DNA of 64,000 nucleotides from Isurus oxyrinchus (Eukaryota). Both the position numbers and the translations under genes were made by a program. Position 1 is the first letter of the stretch, and the number at the start of each line of letters is the position of its first letter. This document shows, one piece after another, positions 1-13,169 of this stretch. The stretch is from NCBI GenBank assembly GCA_026770705.1, contig JANJGN010000007.1, forward strand, positions 68,944,001-69,008,000, in the 5' to 3' direction. The notes beneath the pieces were generated by a model. The model made no database searches. It saw only the letters and a program-made list of their open reading frames with translations, and was not told the DNA's origin.

Positions 1-115
1 TCTAATGAATTCCTTATTAGATTAACATCTTATATTTATGGATCATAGATTTGAATTCCCCCACAAGTAGAATCATCTTCTCTGCACCTATATCAAATTT
101 GTTCCATAGCTACTA
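1..115 (-). mobile_element. CR1-type LINE 3' region fragment (old)
   Basis: Resembles the antisense CR1 3' text seen elsewhere in the window (gaattcc..attaga..ccccacaagtagaa, compare 31380-31560). Confidence 0.45.
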
Positions 116-444
116 CTCAGAGGCATTGGGGCATGAGCCAATATTTTCACAAATGTTTTTGAATTACCCAGTTCAACAATCTTAGAGCAAACAAAGTGCT
201 TGTGTTTACTGAAGCAATGGTTGCAGTATGTGTATGAGTCAGGTAGGCTGTGAGAAGCTATACTCTCTGGCTACCAATTTCTACAGCTGGCAAAACAGTC
301 CAGGGTATGAACACGTTTTTACCAAAAGGAGGGTGAATCTGCAAGAGTATAGACACTGCTTCTGAAAGCAGTTGTGTGTTTTAAATGAGGAATGGAACAT
401 ATTGTTGGACTAGAGTGGAAGCAGTTCTACTTTGATTCTGAGTA

Positions 445-2784
445 TGTGTATACAGGATGGTTTTCTGGACCAATACGTTGAGGAACCAACTAGAGAATAG
501 GCCATCCTAGACTGGGTATAGTGTAATGAGAAAGGAATAATTGGCAATCTAGTTGTGCGAGGCCCCTTGGGGATGAGCGACCATAATATGATAGAATTCT
601 TCAGCAAGATGGAGAGTGACATAGTTGATTCTGAGACCAGGGTCCTGAATCTTAGTAAAGGAAACTATGATGATATGAGACATGAGTTGGATATGATGGA
701 TTGGGAAACATTACTTAAAGGGATGACAGTGGATAGGCATTGACAAACGTTCAAAGAGAGCATGGGTGAACAGCAACAATTGTTTGGCGCAAAAGTAAAG
801 TAGGAAAGGTGGCCAAACCATGGCTTACAAGGGAAATTAGAGATAGCATTAGATCCAAGGAAGAGGCATGCAAATTGGCCAGAAAAACAACAGACCTGAG
901 GATTGGGAGCAGTTTAGAATTCAGCAAAGGAAGACCAGGGGATTGATTAAGAAGGGGAAAATAGAGTACGAGAGAAAGCTTGCGGGAAACATAAAAACTG
1001 ACTGTAAAAGTTTCTATAGGCATGGGAAGAGAAGAAGATTGATGAAGACAAATGTAGGTCCCTTACAGTCTGAAACAGGGGAATTTATAATGGGGGAACA
1101 AAGAAATCGCTGACCAACTAAATACATATTTTGGTCCTGTCTTCACAAAGGAGGTCACAAATAACATACAGAAATGTTGGAGAACACAGGATTTAATGAG
1201 AGGGAGAAACTGAAAAAAATCAGTATTAGTAGGGAAATGGTGTTGGAGAAATTGATGGGATTGAAGGCCAATAAATCCCCAGGGCCTGATAATCTACATC
1301 CCAAAGTACTTAAGGAAGTGGCCCTAGAAATAGTGGATGCATTGGTGGTCATCTTCTGAGATTCTATAAACTCTGGAACAGTTCCTACAGATTGGAGGGT
1401 AACTAATGTAACCCCATTATTTAAAAAGGGAGATAGAGAAAAAACAGGGAATTATAGACCAATCAACTTGATGTCAGTAATAGGGAAAATTCTAGAGTCC
1501 ATTATTAAAGATTTAATAGCTGAGCACTTGGAAAAGAGTGGCAGAATCAGACAGAGTCAGCATGGATTTACGAAAGGGAAATCATGTTTGACAAATTGAC
1601 AAATCTACTGGAATTTTTCGAGAATGTAACTAGTAGATTTGATGAGGGGAAGCCAGTGGATGTGGTTTATTTGGACTTTCAGAAGGCTTTCGACAAAGTC
1701 CCACATAAGAATTTAGCATGTAAAATTAAAGCACATGGGATAGGGGGTTGTGTATTGAGATGGATAGAAAACTGGTTGGCAGACAGGAAACAAAGAGTAG
1801 GAATGAACAAGTATTTTTTCTGAATGGCAGGCAGTGACTAGTGGGGTACCGCAGGGATCGGCGCTGGGACCCCAGCTATTCACAATATATATTATTGATT
1901 TAGATGAGGGAGCTAAATGTAATATCTCCAAATTTGCAGATGACATAAAGCTAGGCGGAAGGGTGAGCTGTGAGGAGGCTGCAGAGATGCTTCATGGTGA
2001 TTTGGACAAGCTGAGTGAGTGGGCAGATTATTATTATCTGAATGGCTATAAATTTTGAGGGGAATGTGCAACGAGACCTGAGTGTCCTCATACACCAGCC
2101 GTTAAAGGTAAGCATGCAGGTGCATCAGGCGGTAAAGAAGGCAGATGGTATGTTAGCCTTCAGAGTGAGAGGATTCGAGTACAGGAGCAGGGATTTCTTG
2201 CTGCAATTATACAGGGCCTTGGTGAGACCATACTTGGAATATTGTGTGAAGTTTTGGCCTCCTTATCTGAGGAAGGATGCTCTTGCTATAGAGGGAGTGC
2301 AGCAAAGGTTTACCAGACTGATTCCTGGGATGGCGGGACTGACATATGAGGAGAGATTGAGTCGGTTAGGATTATATTCGCTGGAGTTCAGAAGAATGAG
2401 GGGGGATCTCATAGAAACCTATAAAATTCTAACAAGACTAAACAGGGTAGATGCAGGAAGGATGTTCCCAATGATGGGTGAGTCCAGAACCAGGGGTCAC
2501 AGTCTGAGGATATAGACCATTTAGGACTGAGATGAGGAGAGATTTCTTTACCCAGAGAGTGGTGAGCCTGTGGAATTTGCTACCACAGAAAGTAGTTGAG
2601 GCCAAAACATTGTATGTTTTCAAGACGGAGTTAGTTATATCTTCTTGGGGTGAAAGGGATCAAAGGATATGGGGAGAAAGGGGGAGCAGGTTATTGAGTT
2701 GGATGATCAGCCATGATCATAATGAGTGGCGGAGCAGGCTCGAAGGGCCAAATAGCCTACTCCTGCTCCTGTTTTCTATGTTTC
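445..2784 (+). mobile_element. CR1/HER1-type LINE, 5'-truncated, decayed ORF2 (end of APE endonuclease plus RT) and 3' UTR
   Basis: Fragmented ORFs carry CR1 ORF2 motifs SDHNMIEF, KSPGPDNLHPKVLKE, VYLDFQKAFDKVPH, GVPQGSALGP, KFADD, LVRPYLEYC, RRMRGDLIETYKIL. Ends in cctactcctgctcct..ttctatgtttc. Confidence 0.95.
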
Positions 2785-3337
2785 AATGTGACATTGTCAT
2801 TGGCCTCCAGGTTAAGTAAAGGGTCTATATCCCAGCACTGAGAAGCAACAAGCAAAAATCTTACATTTGAAATTGAGAAAAATATAATCTATTGGGTTAT
2901 CATTGGAACATAAATAATTTAGTCAAACTCAGTGCAGGTGGTAGGGCTCCAGGAAGGCATTGAAATGCATTGCTTCAAATAGAATTTCTTCCACTCTGCT
3001 GTGAGAGCTACAACAATTAATAGACTCAAGTTTTTCTTTCTATTTGATAAAAAGTCATCAAAAGCACTTTACAGTCAGGACTTTTCTTTGCAGTGCACAA
3101 AGTTGCTATCTGAGCACTCTCAATTTAAGGTAGAAGATATACTCTTCCGTGCATATTGCTAGTCCCTAAGAGCAGGCTCTGGGTTTAACATGTGCCCTTG
3201 AATGTTTTGAGGGCTGCTGTGAGTGCTTGTGCATCACAATATCTAATTCACTGCAGGTTCTTTGAAGGTGAATTAAAGGAGGCTGTTGCGATGAGAGGAT
3301 TTATTTTCAAAATTACTAAAGCCTCACCACAAAAATA

Positions 3338-3405
3338 TTTCTGATGACAGGTCATTAACCAGAAACGTTAACTCCATTTCTTTCTCTACATATTCTGCCT
3401 GAATC
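3338..3405 (+). ncRNA. Minimal type I hammerhead-ribozyme relic of a Penelope-like element terminus
   Basis: CTGATGA (3341-3347), short stem II, GAAAC-GTTAAC, followed by tctctacatattctgcctga, which resembles the PLE tail at 50830-50860. Confidence 0.55.
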
Positions 3406-3431
3406 CTCTGCCTTTAATTCTGTTATCATGT

Positions 3432-3840
3432 GGCAACCATGATTCAATTGGTAGCACTCTTCCCTCTGAGTCAGAAGGTTGTGGGTTCAAGTCCCACTCC
3501 AGGCTTAGGGAGTACTACACTGTTAGAGGTGGTGTTCTTTGCCTGAGGCACGAAACCAAGGCCCTTCAGCCCTCTCAGGTGGACATAAAATATCCCATGA
3601 TGCTAATTTGAAGAAGAGCAGAGAAGTTATCCCCACCGTCCTGGCTGATATTTATATTTCAATTAACATCATAAAAACAGATCTGGTCGTTATTACATTG
3701 CTGTTTATGGGTGCTTGCTGTGCAGAATTTAGCTATTGCATTTCCTACATTACAACAATAACAACACTTCAAAATAAATAAGTAAAGCACCTAGGATATT
3801 CTGTGGTCTTGAAAGGCACTATATAAATACAATTTTTTTT
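3432..3840 (+). mobile_element. tRNA-derived SINE (SacSINE1/DeuSINE-like)
   Basis: tRNA head with B box ggttcaagtcc, central body, and L2-like tail gaaaggcactatataaatac. Same family as 44337-44772. Confidence 0.85.
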
Positions 3841-4699
3841 ACTTTATTGTTTAATTTGAATCTCTTTGCTGTTTGCTTAATAAATAGATTTTCTTGGCTG
3901 TATCATATAATGTTGGCTGTCCCACCTCCAGCTCATCGGTTGGCACAGTAGTCTCAATACTCATTTTGCATTCTTTTACACTGGCTTCTGTTGAAATCCA
4001 CTTCCATAGCAGTCATGTGGAATCCCCTGTGACCAACATCAATAAGAGTAGCACAGAGGGTCATTGTGGGGCGGGGCGGGTGGGGGGAGATCGGAGTGGG
4101 AGTGGGGGGGATGGTAGTGTTGTCAGCCTGAGGCTTCAAGTGCCAAGACATAAATTAAGTTATTTACTTAAAGTCATGCTTGATTTGCTTGCAAATAATT
4201 GTCTTGAGATGGAGGAATATTTTGTTCAGCTGATTGTTCTCCCCAGCCATTTTCCATTTCCTGCTGGCAGAATGTCACTGGATCATACACTCCCATGACT
4301 GAATCACACAGTAACAAGCTGTTGCCAGGACCCATGCACTCAGAAAAATAGAGGAATATTATGGTCCTAAAATTGACTTTCCCGACCAGATTTAATTAAC
4401 TAAAAATGGACTGTCCAGCCACAGAAGGACAGGTGTCAAATCTGCGAACAGCGGAAAATTGGCTTTGCATAATCACCAAGTCAAACTGTGTAATGAAGCT
4501 CGATTAACATCAGTAGAGATACAGTTATTAGCATAGGGTGCAGTAGCCACTGAGTTCAATAAAATGAAGCTGGATCAACATTAATCGTCAAGTACTTAAC
4601 ATGTTCATTTGATACTCTTCTCTTCTTTATTTCAATCTCAAATGGAGTTCAAATCATGAACGGAAGAAGGCCATACAAACACAGGAAGATTCATCTGTT

Positions 4700-5450
4700 A
4701 ACATTAGCAACAGTAACTTCGCAAGTTGCCAAGTTCATGAGCTCAGTGATGGAGGGGGTCTAGATCACCATGATACAGTGCTGCAGCGCAAATATCTATG
4801 GTTTCCTTAAGTGGAACATTGGTGATTAGGCCAGCAATGTCAAGTGAGCACAGGGTCACAGTATTGCTATCGATATGCAAGTCCTGTATGGTCTTCGCAA
4901 ATATGAAGGAATTCTTCACTGTGTATCTGGAAAATTTGTTCAAAACTGGTGTGACAATTCACCCAACCATTTGACCAATTCATGTTGTGTAGAACTGGTC
5001 ATAGATAAGATAGGGCGTAAAGGGACATCGCTTTTTTGTGCCTTGGGCAATCCATATACACGTGGACGCAGTGAGCCATGAGGATGAACTTTGTCATAAA
5101 TATCACACAGCAGCTCATCGCTCCTGCACAAATCCAGCAAGCATTTTTTTAGCTTACTTTCAAGCAAGGCTGTCTGGCCATGTTGAGTGGCAGGTCCAAG
5201 AAGTATGAATTTGGACCTGTCATTAAGAATGGCGTGCACTTAGTTCATATAGTCACACTTGTTAAGGATGACTATTCCCGTCCCTTTGTCAGGTTTACTG
5301 AAGTGTATAACCAGGTTGGTCTTAAGGCCTCGCGACACTGTAACACACCTGTGTTGCGTGTGAAAATCAGACAGGTCATTCAGAATCCCGCAACATACAT
5401 GCGTGAGATCAGCTAGGCATGCGAGAAGGAATTGTTACAACAGCCAATAT
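4700..5450 (-). mobile_element. Penelope-like element reverse transcriptase fragment
   Basis: Minus ORFs give PRVYGLPKAQKSDVPLRPILS and SLDIAGLITNVPLKETIDIC, decayed versions of the PLE RT motifs YGLPKxHK..PLRPI and SFDVxSLFTNVP. Confidence 0.85.
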
Positions 5451-7076
5451 GTGTCTATGAGTGGACCAGTGACTTCAATGAGTCTCAACTAGGTTGCTTC
5501 ATAGAATGAATCAGTATGGCTATTTGGCAGACAGAATTTCAGAGAGGCTGCAAAGTCAGTTATGGAAAACAATTAACCTCATGCCATCTACAACTACTGT
5601 AGATATAGTCTCTACCATTCTTTTTAGGCTGTTCATTTGCTTTTCTTACTTTGTTTATTGAGAATTTAAGAAAATTATGCCTTAAAAGTTATTTTCCTTC
5701 AAAATCCAAGAAGTGAATAAAAGAAAATACTTAGTGATTTGCCAAAGGGTTATGCATCTTGGAACCAAGACAACAATGTTCACAGTAGTAGCAATCATAA
5801 ACCTGAGGAATTTAGGCAATGTTTAGCAGCCATTTCAAACCTAATAGCTGTTACATTGGAAGAGCAGACTTGCATATTTATTCTGTTGTAACCAGGTTAT
5901 ATTTCAAAGCCCATAATTAAACTTGCTATTGTAAAATATGTCACTAGTCTGGAACTCTTAAGAGATTATTAATTACTTACTCAGCCTACATTAGAAAAAT
6001 TATTTTATCTTTCCTTGTTCTCGATGCCACTTGCCATTGGACAAGTATCTTGGAGTTCTTGACTGAGCTGCCTTCTGGATCTGGGAGGATTTCACAAGTC
6101 CTTTTTATGACACTGTTGCCTGTGGATTTTGTCAATGCACCCCCCCCCCCCCCCACCCCCGCCACCTTCCCAACACACGCCCACGACACTAAAACAAAAA
6201 TGTATTTTTGAAAAAAATCTTTGCCAAACCTTTCTCCTACTTATCCATGTGGGAGAAAGCCATATGTTACATTTGTCACACTGATGTTATGTGCAAGGAG
6301 TTCAGTGATGTTTTTGAACACAATGTCTAAAATAACTTACTGGGTTTTTTGCCTTGTCAATGTTCTCTCCTCTCCTAATGATACTAGCACAAGTGCACAG
6401 TTCCAGAAGTACCAGCAGCCTGTCTCACCCAAGTTCTCATTATTTGCATGTATACCAAGACAGCTGTTAGCCCCTCATTCACTTTAGGAAGACATCACAG
6501 CTGAGCCTGAGTCTGAGCAAAGCATCGGCATCTAATTCTTTGATGATACAGATAACAATATACAATATGAACTGCTAGTTATTATCATTTAGCTTCTGCT
6601 CCATAGTTTATTGTTGGAGACTGGTGCCACAGAAGCTACAAAGTGTTCCAGGGTTGTATGATTACTGAAGGATGCACAATTATCATAAAACAAACAGCAC
6701 AGGTTTATCGAGTTATAATCTGTGGTTTATTAGCAGAAAATAGGCACTGGTGGACATGAATAACAAAGTGGGTAGCTGTGTTGTGGTTTGGAGTAGATAC
6801 TGACCTTTCATTGAACTCACTGTAAGTGTTCCATATGGACTGAATTTGGACCATTCATTTGAGGTCCAGGGTATGAAACTGCCTTCAATAAGGTACGCAT
6901 TGGTATCATGTTGGCATTTTCTATCACAGAGATGATAGAAAAGCCAATGTTAGAAATAAAACAATACTCAACGAAGCAATAGAGTCGTTCACTTGAGCTT
7001 TGGCAGAGCAGAGAAACCTTTATTTTGAATCTTTACCCGGGATTTCTTGATGCAGACGACAGTTACCAGGATAATA

Positions 7077-7473
7077 GGGGGGAGTTTTAACATGGGTGAG
7101 CAGGTAGGATTGGATGTGAGTGGGAAGGTTAAATGGATAAAAAAATCTGAGCATGTCAGGAAGCTGCCACCAACTCACAAGGGACAAGTAGTCAATCCTC
7201 CCCAGGCTGGAAACTTTGGATTTAATCACCTTTGTAGGTTTAACTGTGGCTGGCAGAGTTTCAATCCAGCAGCTGCTTTGAGGTGAGACTAGCCTTGGGG
7301 AGATGGCAGGTCCCTTCACAACAGTCCTTGTAGGCCAGGAGGAGGAGGAGTGCTTCATCCCAGTACTCCAAGCTACCCACCAGCCGCACTCCCACCCCAA
7401 CCAGGATCGGATGCCATCCACCCACCCCATGGCCCATCTCTTTCTCCCAATGCACCAGCAGGTAAAAAAGGCC
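7077..7473. mobile_element. Degenerate GC-rich MITE-like element (Harbinger-like)
   Basis: Ends ggggggagttttaac ... ggtaaaaaggcc resemble the termini of the other MITEs in the window; non-coding. Confidence 0.4.
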
Positions 7474-7574
7474 GCAACAACATATTTCACCTTGATGGGC
7501 CCAGTAATAATCACAATCCGTACTATTTGATGTAACTGAGTATTATAATAATGTTTGCATAATTATGTAATTAT

Positions 7575-7800
7575 TTGAATAATTTAACAACAACAATTTG
7601 TCCTTAAGCATGTAGAAAAGCATCCCAAGACACTTCAAAGCTGGCATCAGACAGAAGTGGATGCCAAGCCAAATAAAGCAATGTTAAATTTTTGGTCAAA
7701 GAGGTAGGTTTTAAAGAGAGTCATAATAAGCAGCAGGAGGTGGAGACGCACAAGAAACTTAGTGTTAATGTGATTCCAGCTGGTTGGTGAAGCTGAAACA
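7575..7800 (-). mobile_element. L2-type LINE 3' end fragment
   Basis: Antisense L2 tail (caacaacaatttg..catcccaagacacttca..ggtcaaagaggtaggttttaa), similar to 45030-45200. Appears to resume near 9250-9330 after the Tx1 insert. Confidence 0.55.
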
Positions 7801-7869
7801 GAAACATAGAGCTTTTCTTTATTGAAAGTGTTTATTGACTTATTCAGTCTCAAGCAGTCCTTCCACTCA

Positions 7870-8995
7870 ACCCAGTGTCCCAGGTAACCCCTATTTATAG
7901 ACTCTTTTGATGAAAAAAAATCAATAAATTAAATAAAAGGTCAATAAATCAGAGGGTTGACAGCCCCTGGTGGGGCACCGTATATAAAGCAAAACATCAA
8001 TGGAAACTTACAAAATCAAATCAAAATATCATTTCCGAGCTGATGATGCACCCCAGGCCCCTCGGTGCCCACTGATCACGGAAGTCTCTAATGTACCAGT
8101 GGACACTGTGTGCTCCCTCTCCAGGGCCACCCAGCCGCAAACATAGTCGCAGTCGAGAGGCAGACAGTTGGGTTGGACGACCCCCTTAAACACCTGATAC
8201 TCGAACCTGTTGATGGCCACTTTGGCCAGGCCGAGGAGCAGGCTTACGAGGAGGGTCTCCTCTCTCCCTGCCCCCCTCTGCATCAGGTGACCAAATATTA
8301 GGAGCCTGGGGCTGAATTGCAACCAGAAATTGAAGAGCAGCCCCTTCACATAATGAAAAAAGGGTTGCAACCTTGGGCAATCTACGACAAGTGGAACACG
8401 GACTCTCCTTAGCTGCAGAAAACACATGTGGCCTGGGAGTTCATGAATCACCCTAACCCCCTATTGCATGGCACTGCTGCTTGCAAAACCCTCCATGCCT
8501 AGCCCCCGATGGAAAAAGGGAAGACTGCCAAGTGGTGAACTCTCCTCAGGGGACCTCCCGCATTGCCAGACAGCAGGACAGAAGGCCATGGTGTGTCCTG
8601 GTGGTGGAGGAAGGCAAGGAAGTGAAAAGTGTGCAGCAGCAGTCCATACAGCAAACCATTCCATGCCAAATGGAAAGGCACAGAGTGAATTTAGACGAGA
8701 TGGCTCAAATTGTGGAGTTGAGGCTCCTGAGGGAGGTATCAGAGCGCAAGACTAATGTGGAATTCCGTCCGAATGGAGTTCAATTCAGACGGAATTCCAC
8801 TGCACATTTGAGCTGCTTCGAGGCCACGAGTACCGTCAGGTCTGAGCACCATCATTTTCAGGCTGTGGATGGCTTTGGCCGTGAGCTGGACATCAACAGA
8901 TGCATGCCTAGCAATTTCCTGCGGCGTCATCCAGCCTGCTCCTCTGCTATCCAGCACATCCCCATCTCTAGTTGCCCCTGCGACCAAGCCCTCTC
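7870..8995 (-). mobile_element. L1/Tx1-clade LINE, ORF2 C-terminal region, decayed
   Basis: Minus ORF 8029-8451 contains CPRLQPFFHYVKGLL..LLVSLLLGLAKVAINR..LEREHTVSTGTLE, typical of the Tx1/L1 ORF2 C-terminus. Confidence 0.7.
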
Positions 8996-9002
8996 TTCAG
9001 CC

Positions 9003-9104
9003 AGCCATCTGCCAAGGCAGGATTCGAACCCAGGTCCTCAGAACGTTACCTTGGGTATCTGGATTATTAGCCCAGCGACAATACCACTACATCATCACCT
9101 CCCC
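9003..9104 (-). mobile_element. Isolated tRNA-derived head of the SINE/LINE family at 15708 and 11700-12005
   Basis: Reverse complement contains A box (gatgtagtgg), B box ggttcgaatcc and the family-specific gcagatgg. Confidence 0.75.
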
Positions 9105-9333
9105 TATAAAGCTATTGTTCCAGGATCTGGAGATGGAAAGTTGCCACTTGAATACCCATCACCTGTTTCTCTTAACCTCACAATGAAATTGGCATGACAT
9201 TAACAAACTTCAACAATGTAACCGCCAAGATGTTAACATTTAGGATAGGAATTACAGAACTTGGAGCCGAGAAGGCTGAAGACAGCTGCAAATGGTGAGG
9301 CAAAGAAAGGGGAAATTGCAAAAATGTCAGAGT

Positions 9334-12005
9334 CAGAGGGAGTGAGTGTTTGTGGATGGGGCACCAATTAAATGGGTGGCTTTGTCCAGGATGGTGTCAA
9401 GCTTCTTGAGTATTGTTGGAGTTGCACTCATCCAGGCAAGTGGAGAGTATTCCATCACACTCCTGACTTGTGCCTTGTGTAGATGGTAGATAGGCTTTGG
9501 GGACTCAGGAGGTGAGTTACTAGCCACTGATCTGCTTTTGTAGACATAGTATTTATATGGCTCGTCCAGTTCAGTTTCTGGTCAATGGTAACCCCCAAGA
9601 TATTGATAGTGGGGGATTCAGTGATGGTAATGCCATTGAATGTCATAGGCAATGGTTAGATTCTCGCTTGTTGGAGGTGGTCATTGCCTGGCACTTGTGT
9701 GGAACGAATGTTACTTACCACTTGTCAGCCCAAGCCTGAAAATTGTCCAGGTCTTGCTGCATTTGGGCATGGACTGCTTCAGTAGCTGAGTTGTCACGAA
9801 TGGTGCTGAACATTGTGCAATCATCAGCAAACATCCCCACTCCTGACCCTATGACGGAAGGAAAGTCATTGACAGAGCTGCTGCAGATGGTTGGGGCTAG
9901 GATACTACCCTGAGGAACTCTGCAGTGATGTCCTGGAACCAGATGATTTACCTCCAACAACCACAACCATCTTCCTTTGTGGTAGGCTTTGACTCCAACC
10001 AATGGAGAATTTTCCCGATTCCCATTGACCTCAGTTTTTCTAGGGCTCCTGATGCCACACTCCGTCAACTGCGGCCGTGATGCTAAGGGCAGTCACTCTC
10101 ACCTTTCCTTGGGAGTTCAGTTCTTTTGCCCATGTTTGAAGCAACGCTGTAACGAGGTCAGGAGGCAGGTGGCCCTGGCGGACCCAAACCGAATGTCAGT
10201 GAGCAGGCTATTGCTAAGCAAGCGCTGCTTAATAGCACCATTGATGACTCCTTCTATCAGTTTGCTGATGATGGAGAGTAGACTGATGGGGCATTAATTG
10301 GAATATTGTGCAGGCCCATTGCCTTTGTAGTATCCAGTGCCTTCAGCCATTTCTTGATATCATGTGGAGTGAATTGAATTGGTTGAAGACTGGCATCTCT
10401 GGTGCCGGGGACCTCAGGAGGAGGCCGAGATGGATCCATCCACTTGGCACTTCTGGCTGAAGATTGTTGCGAATGCTTCAGCCTTACCTTTTGCACTGTC
10501 CTCCCCCTTCACTGGGGATGGGGATATTCGTGGAGCCTTTTCATCCAGGGCATTGTTTAATTGTCCACCACCATTCCCGACTGGAGTGCAAAGCTTAGTT
10601 CTAAGCCATCAGTTGTAGAATCGCTTAGCTCTGTCTATCGCTTGCTGCTTATGCTGGTTAGTATGCAAGTAGTCCTGTGTTATAGTTTCACCAGGTTGAC
10701 ACCTCATTTTTAGGTATGTCTGGTGCTGCTCCTTGCATGCCCTCCTGCACTCTTCATCGAACTAGGGCTGATCCCCTGGCTTGATGGTATTCGTACAGTA
10801 GGGGATATATCTGGCCATGAAGTCACAGATTGTTGGTGAGTACAATCCTGCTGCTGCTGATGGACCACAGCGCCTCATGGATACAAAGTCTTGTTTGAAG
10901 GGTATCCCATTTAGCACGTGGTAGTGTCACACAACACGATGAAAGGTATCCTCAATGTGAAGACGGGACTTCGTCTCCACAAGCACTGTGCAGTGGCCAC
11001 TCCAACTGGTACTGTCATGTACAGATACATCTGCGACAAGGTAGACTGGTGAGGATGAGGACAAGTATGTTTTTCCCTCTTGTTTCCTTCACCACCTGCC
11101 ACAGGCCCAGTCCAGCAGCTACGTCCTTTAGGACTCGGCCAGCTTGGTGTGTGGTGGTGCTACTGAGCCACTCTTGATGAAGAACATAGAAGTCCCCCAC
11201 CCAGAGTACATTCTCTGCCCTTGCCACCCTCAGTGCTTCCTCCAAGTGGTGTCCAACATGGCTAAGTGCTGATTCATCAGCTGAGGGGACATGGTACATA
11301 GTAATCAACTGGAGGTTTCCTTGCCCACGTTTAAACTGATGCCATGAGACTTCAGGGTCCGGAGTCAACGTTGAGGACTTCCTGGGCAACTCCCTTCTGA
11401 CTGTATACCCCTGCGTCACCACCTCTGCTGGGTCTGTGCTGCTGATACTGATGGTGGTGTCTGGGCCATTATCTGTAAGGTATGATATGGTAAGGTATGA
11501 TTCTTTGAGTATGACTATGTCAGGCTGTTGTTTGACTGGTCTGTGAGACAGTTCTCCCAATTTTGGCACTAGCCCCTAGATGTTAGTAAGGAGGACTTTG
11601 CAGGGTCGATGGGTCGAGTTTGCCATCGCTGTTTTCATTGCCTTGGTTGATGCCAGATGGTCCGTCCAGTTTCAATCCTTTTTTGAGACTTTGTGGCAGT
11701 TTGATACATTTGCTAGGCCATTTCAGAGGACATTTAAAAGTCAACCACGTGCTGTAGGTCTGGAGTCACATGTAGACCAGTACACGTAAAGAAGGCAGGT
11801 TCCCTTCCCTAAAGGACTATTGGTGAACCAGATGGGTTTTGGGGGGTTTTTGTGGTTAATGGGTTTTTGTGGTTAATTCCAGATTTTTATTGAATTTAAA
11901 TTCCACCATCTGCTGTGGCAGGATTCGAACCCGCTTTCCCATATCATTCTCCTGGGTCTCTGGATTACCAATTCAGTGACAGCACCACAAAGCTACGCCT
12001 GCCCC
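9334..12005 (-). mobile_element. CR1-group (Zenon/Crack-like) LINE with intact 5' end: tRNA head, UTR, APE endonuclease, RT; no ORF1
   Basis: Minus ORFs: KQQPDIVILKESYL..WVGDF..TRGKNIL (APE), VPQGSILAP..MFADDCTMF, NILGVTIDQKLNW, KAQVRSVMEYSPLAW (RT). tRNA-like head at 11900-12005. Internal deletion and missing 3' end. Confidence 0.9.
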
Positions 12006-12049
12006 CTAAATCAGCTGCTGGTGTTGTGAATAGTTGGCTTCAATTTGAA

Positions 12050-12800
12050 ACAGTGACCAAGTAGGCTTGGAGACACAGGTATGGAGTTTGGGGGCCAAAG
12101 ACAATAGCTTTAGTCTTCTCAGTCTTTAACTGGAGGAAATCACTGCTCTTCAAAGACTGAATGTCAGATAAATAGTTTCAAAACACAGAGGGGTCAAGAG
12201 GGGTAGTGGAGAGGTAGAGCTGGGTGTCATCAGCATACCATGTGGTACCTCACACCAATTTTCAATGACATTGCTGGGGGACAGCATGAAAATGAAGAAA
12301 TGGAGGAGGCCAAGGATAAACCCTTGGGGTACTGGTGAAGCAATACTCTAGGTAAAGAAGAGAAGCTAATGCATGGATGATGTGGCCATGATTACATACA
12401 TAAGAGTGGCAACAAATGAGGACAGTTCCACTTTAAAAGAGAGGCATTGGAGAAGGGCAATGTGCTTGACTACATCCAAGGCTACAGAGAAATTGAGAAG
12501 GATGAAGAGTGATAGAGCACAGTCATAGAGAATGTAATTGATGACTTTGTTTAGAGCTGTTTCAGGGTGGAAATCTGATTGGAGAGCTTCAAATGCTATG
12601 TTGTGTGAAAGCTGGGCACAAATTTGCAAGGCATCAACACGTTTGAGTAGTCTGGAGCAGTAAGGGATATTGAAGATGGGATAATAGCTTAGAGATACAG
12701 AGGAATCGGGTGGGCTCTGTAAGTAGGCTGATGAGCAATGGCAGACATTTTCAAAGTGAGGGGAGCAATATGGTGTGAAACTGGGCCATAAAGATTCAGT
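12050..12800 (-). mobile_element. L2-type LINE RT fragment (old)
   Basis: QSDFHPETALNKVINYILYDC..SLFILLNFSVALDVVKH is a decayed L2 motif (QSGFR..STETAL..LLDLSAAFDTVDH). Confidence 0.8.
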
Positions 12801-13169
12801 GGGTTCCCACTTCAAATGCCATTATTCATTTATCTCAGCCAAGGTGGGGAATGGGGTTGCTGCAATGGTTTCAACATTTTGTGATTTGGGAGAGGAGGAT
12901 CAGGCAGAATTTCTCCTTTCATATTCTGTGACTCCTACCAGCAGAGTGACAAGAACTTACACTTGTATCTTCCCAGGGAATTCTACAGAGAGGCGAGTGG
13001 AAATGAATGAAATAGATATAGAAATGGAGGCTGAGACCTAATGGGGAAGTAATTGAAAGCTCAGTTAAAAGATGGCTTTAGAGAAGCATTTTAAACATGG
13101 ATAGAAAAATGCAGAGACTGGAAGAGTTCAAGTTGCTATTTCCATAGAGTAGGGTTGAGGGATCAGTTG

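Noticed and set aside
8481-9197. 238-aa plus-strand ORF
   Set aside because: Antisense to the Tx1 relic and runs through a SINE head, so a chance open frame.
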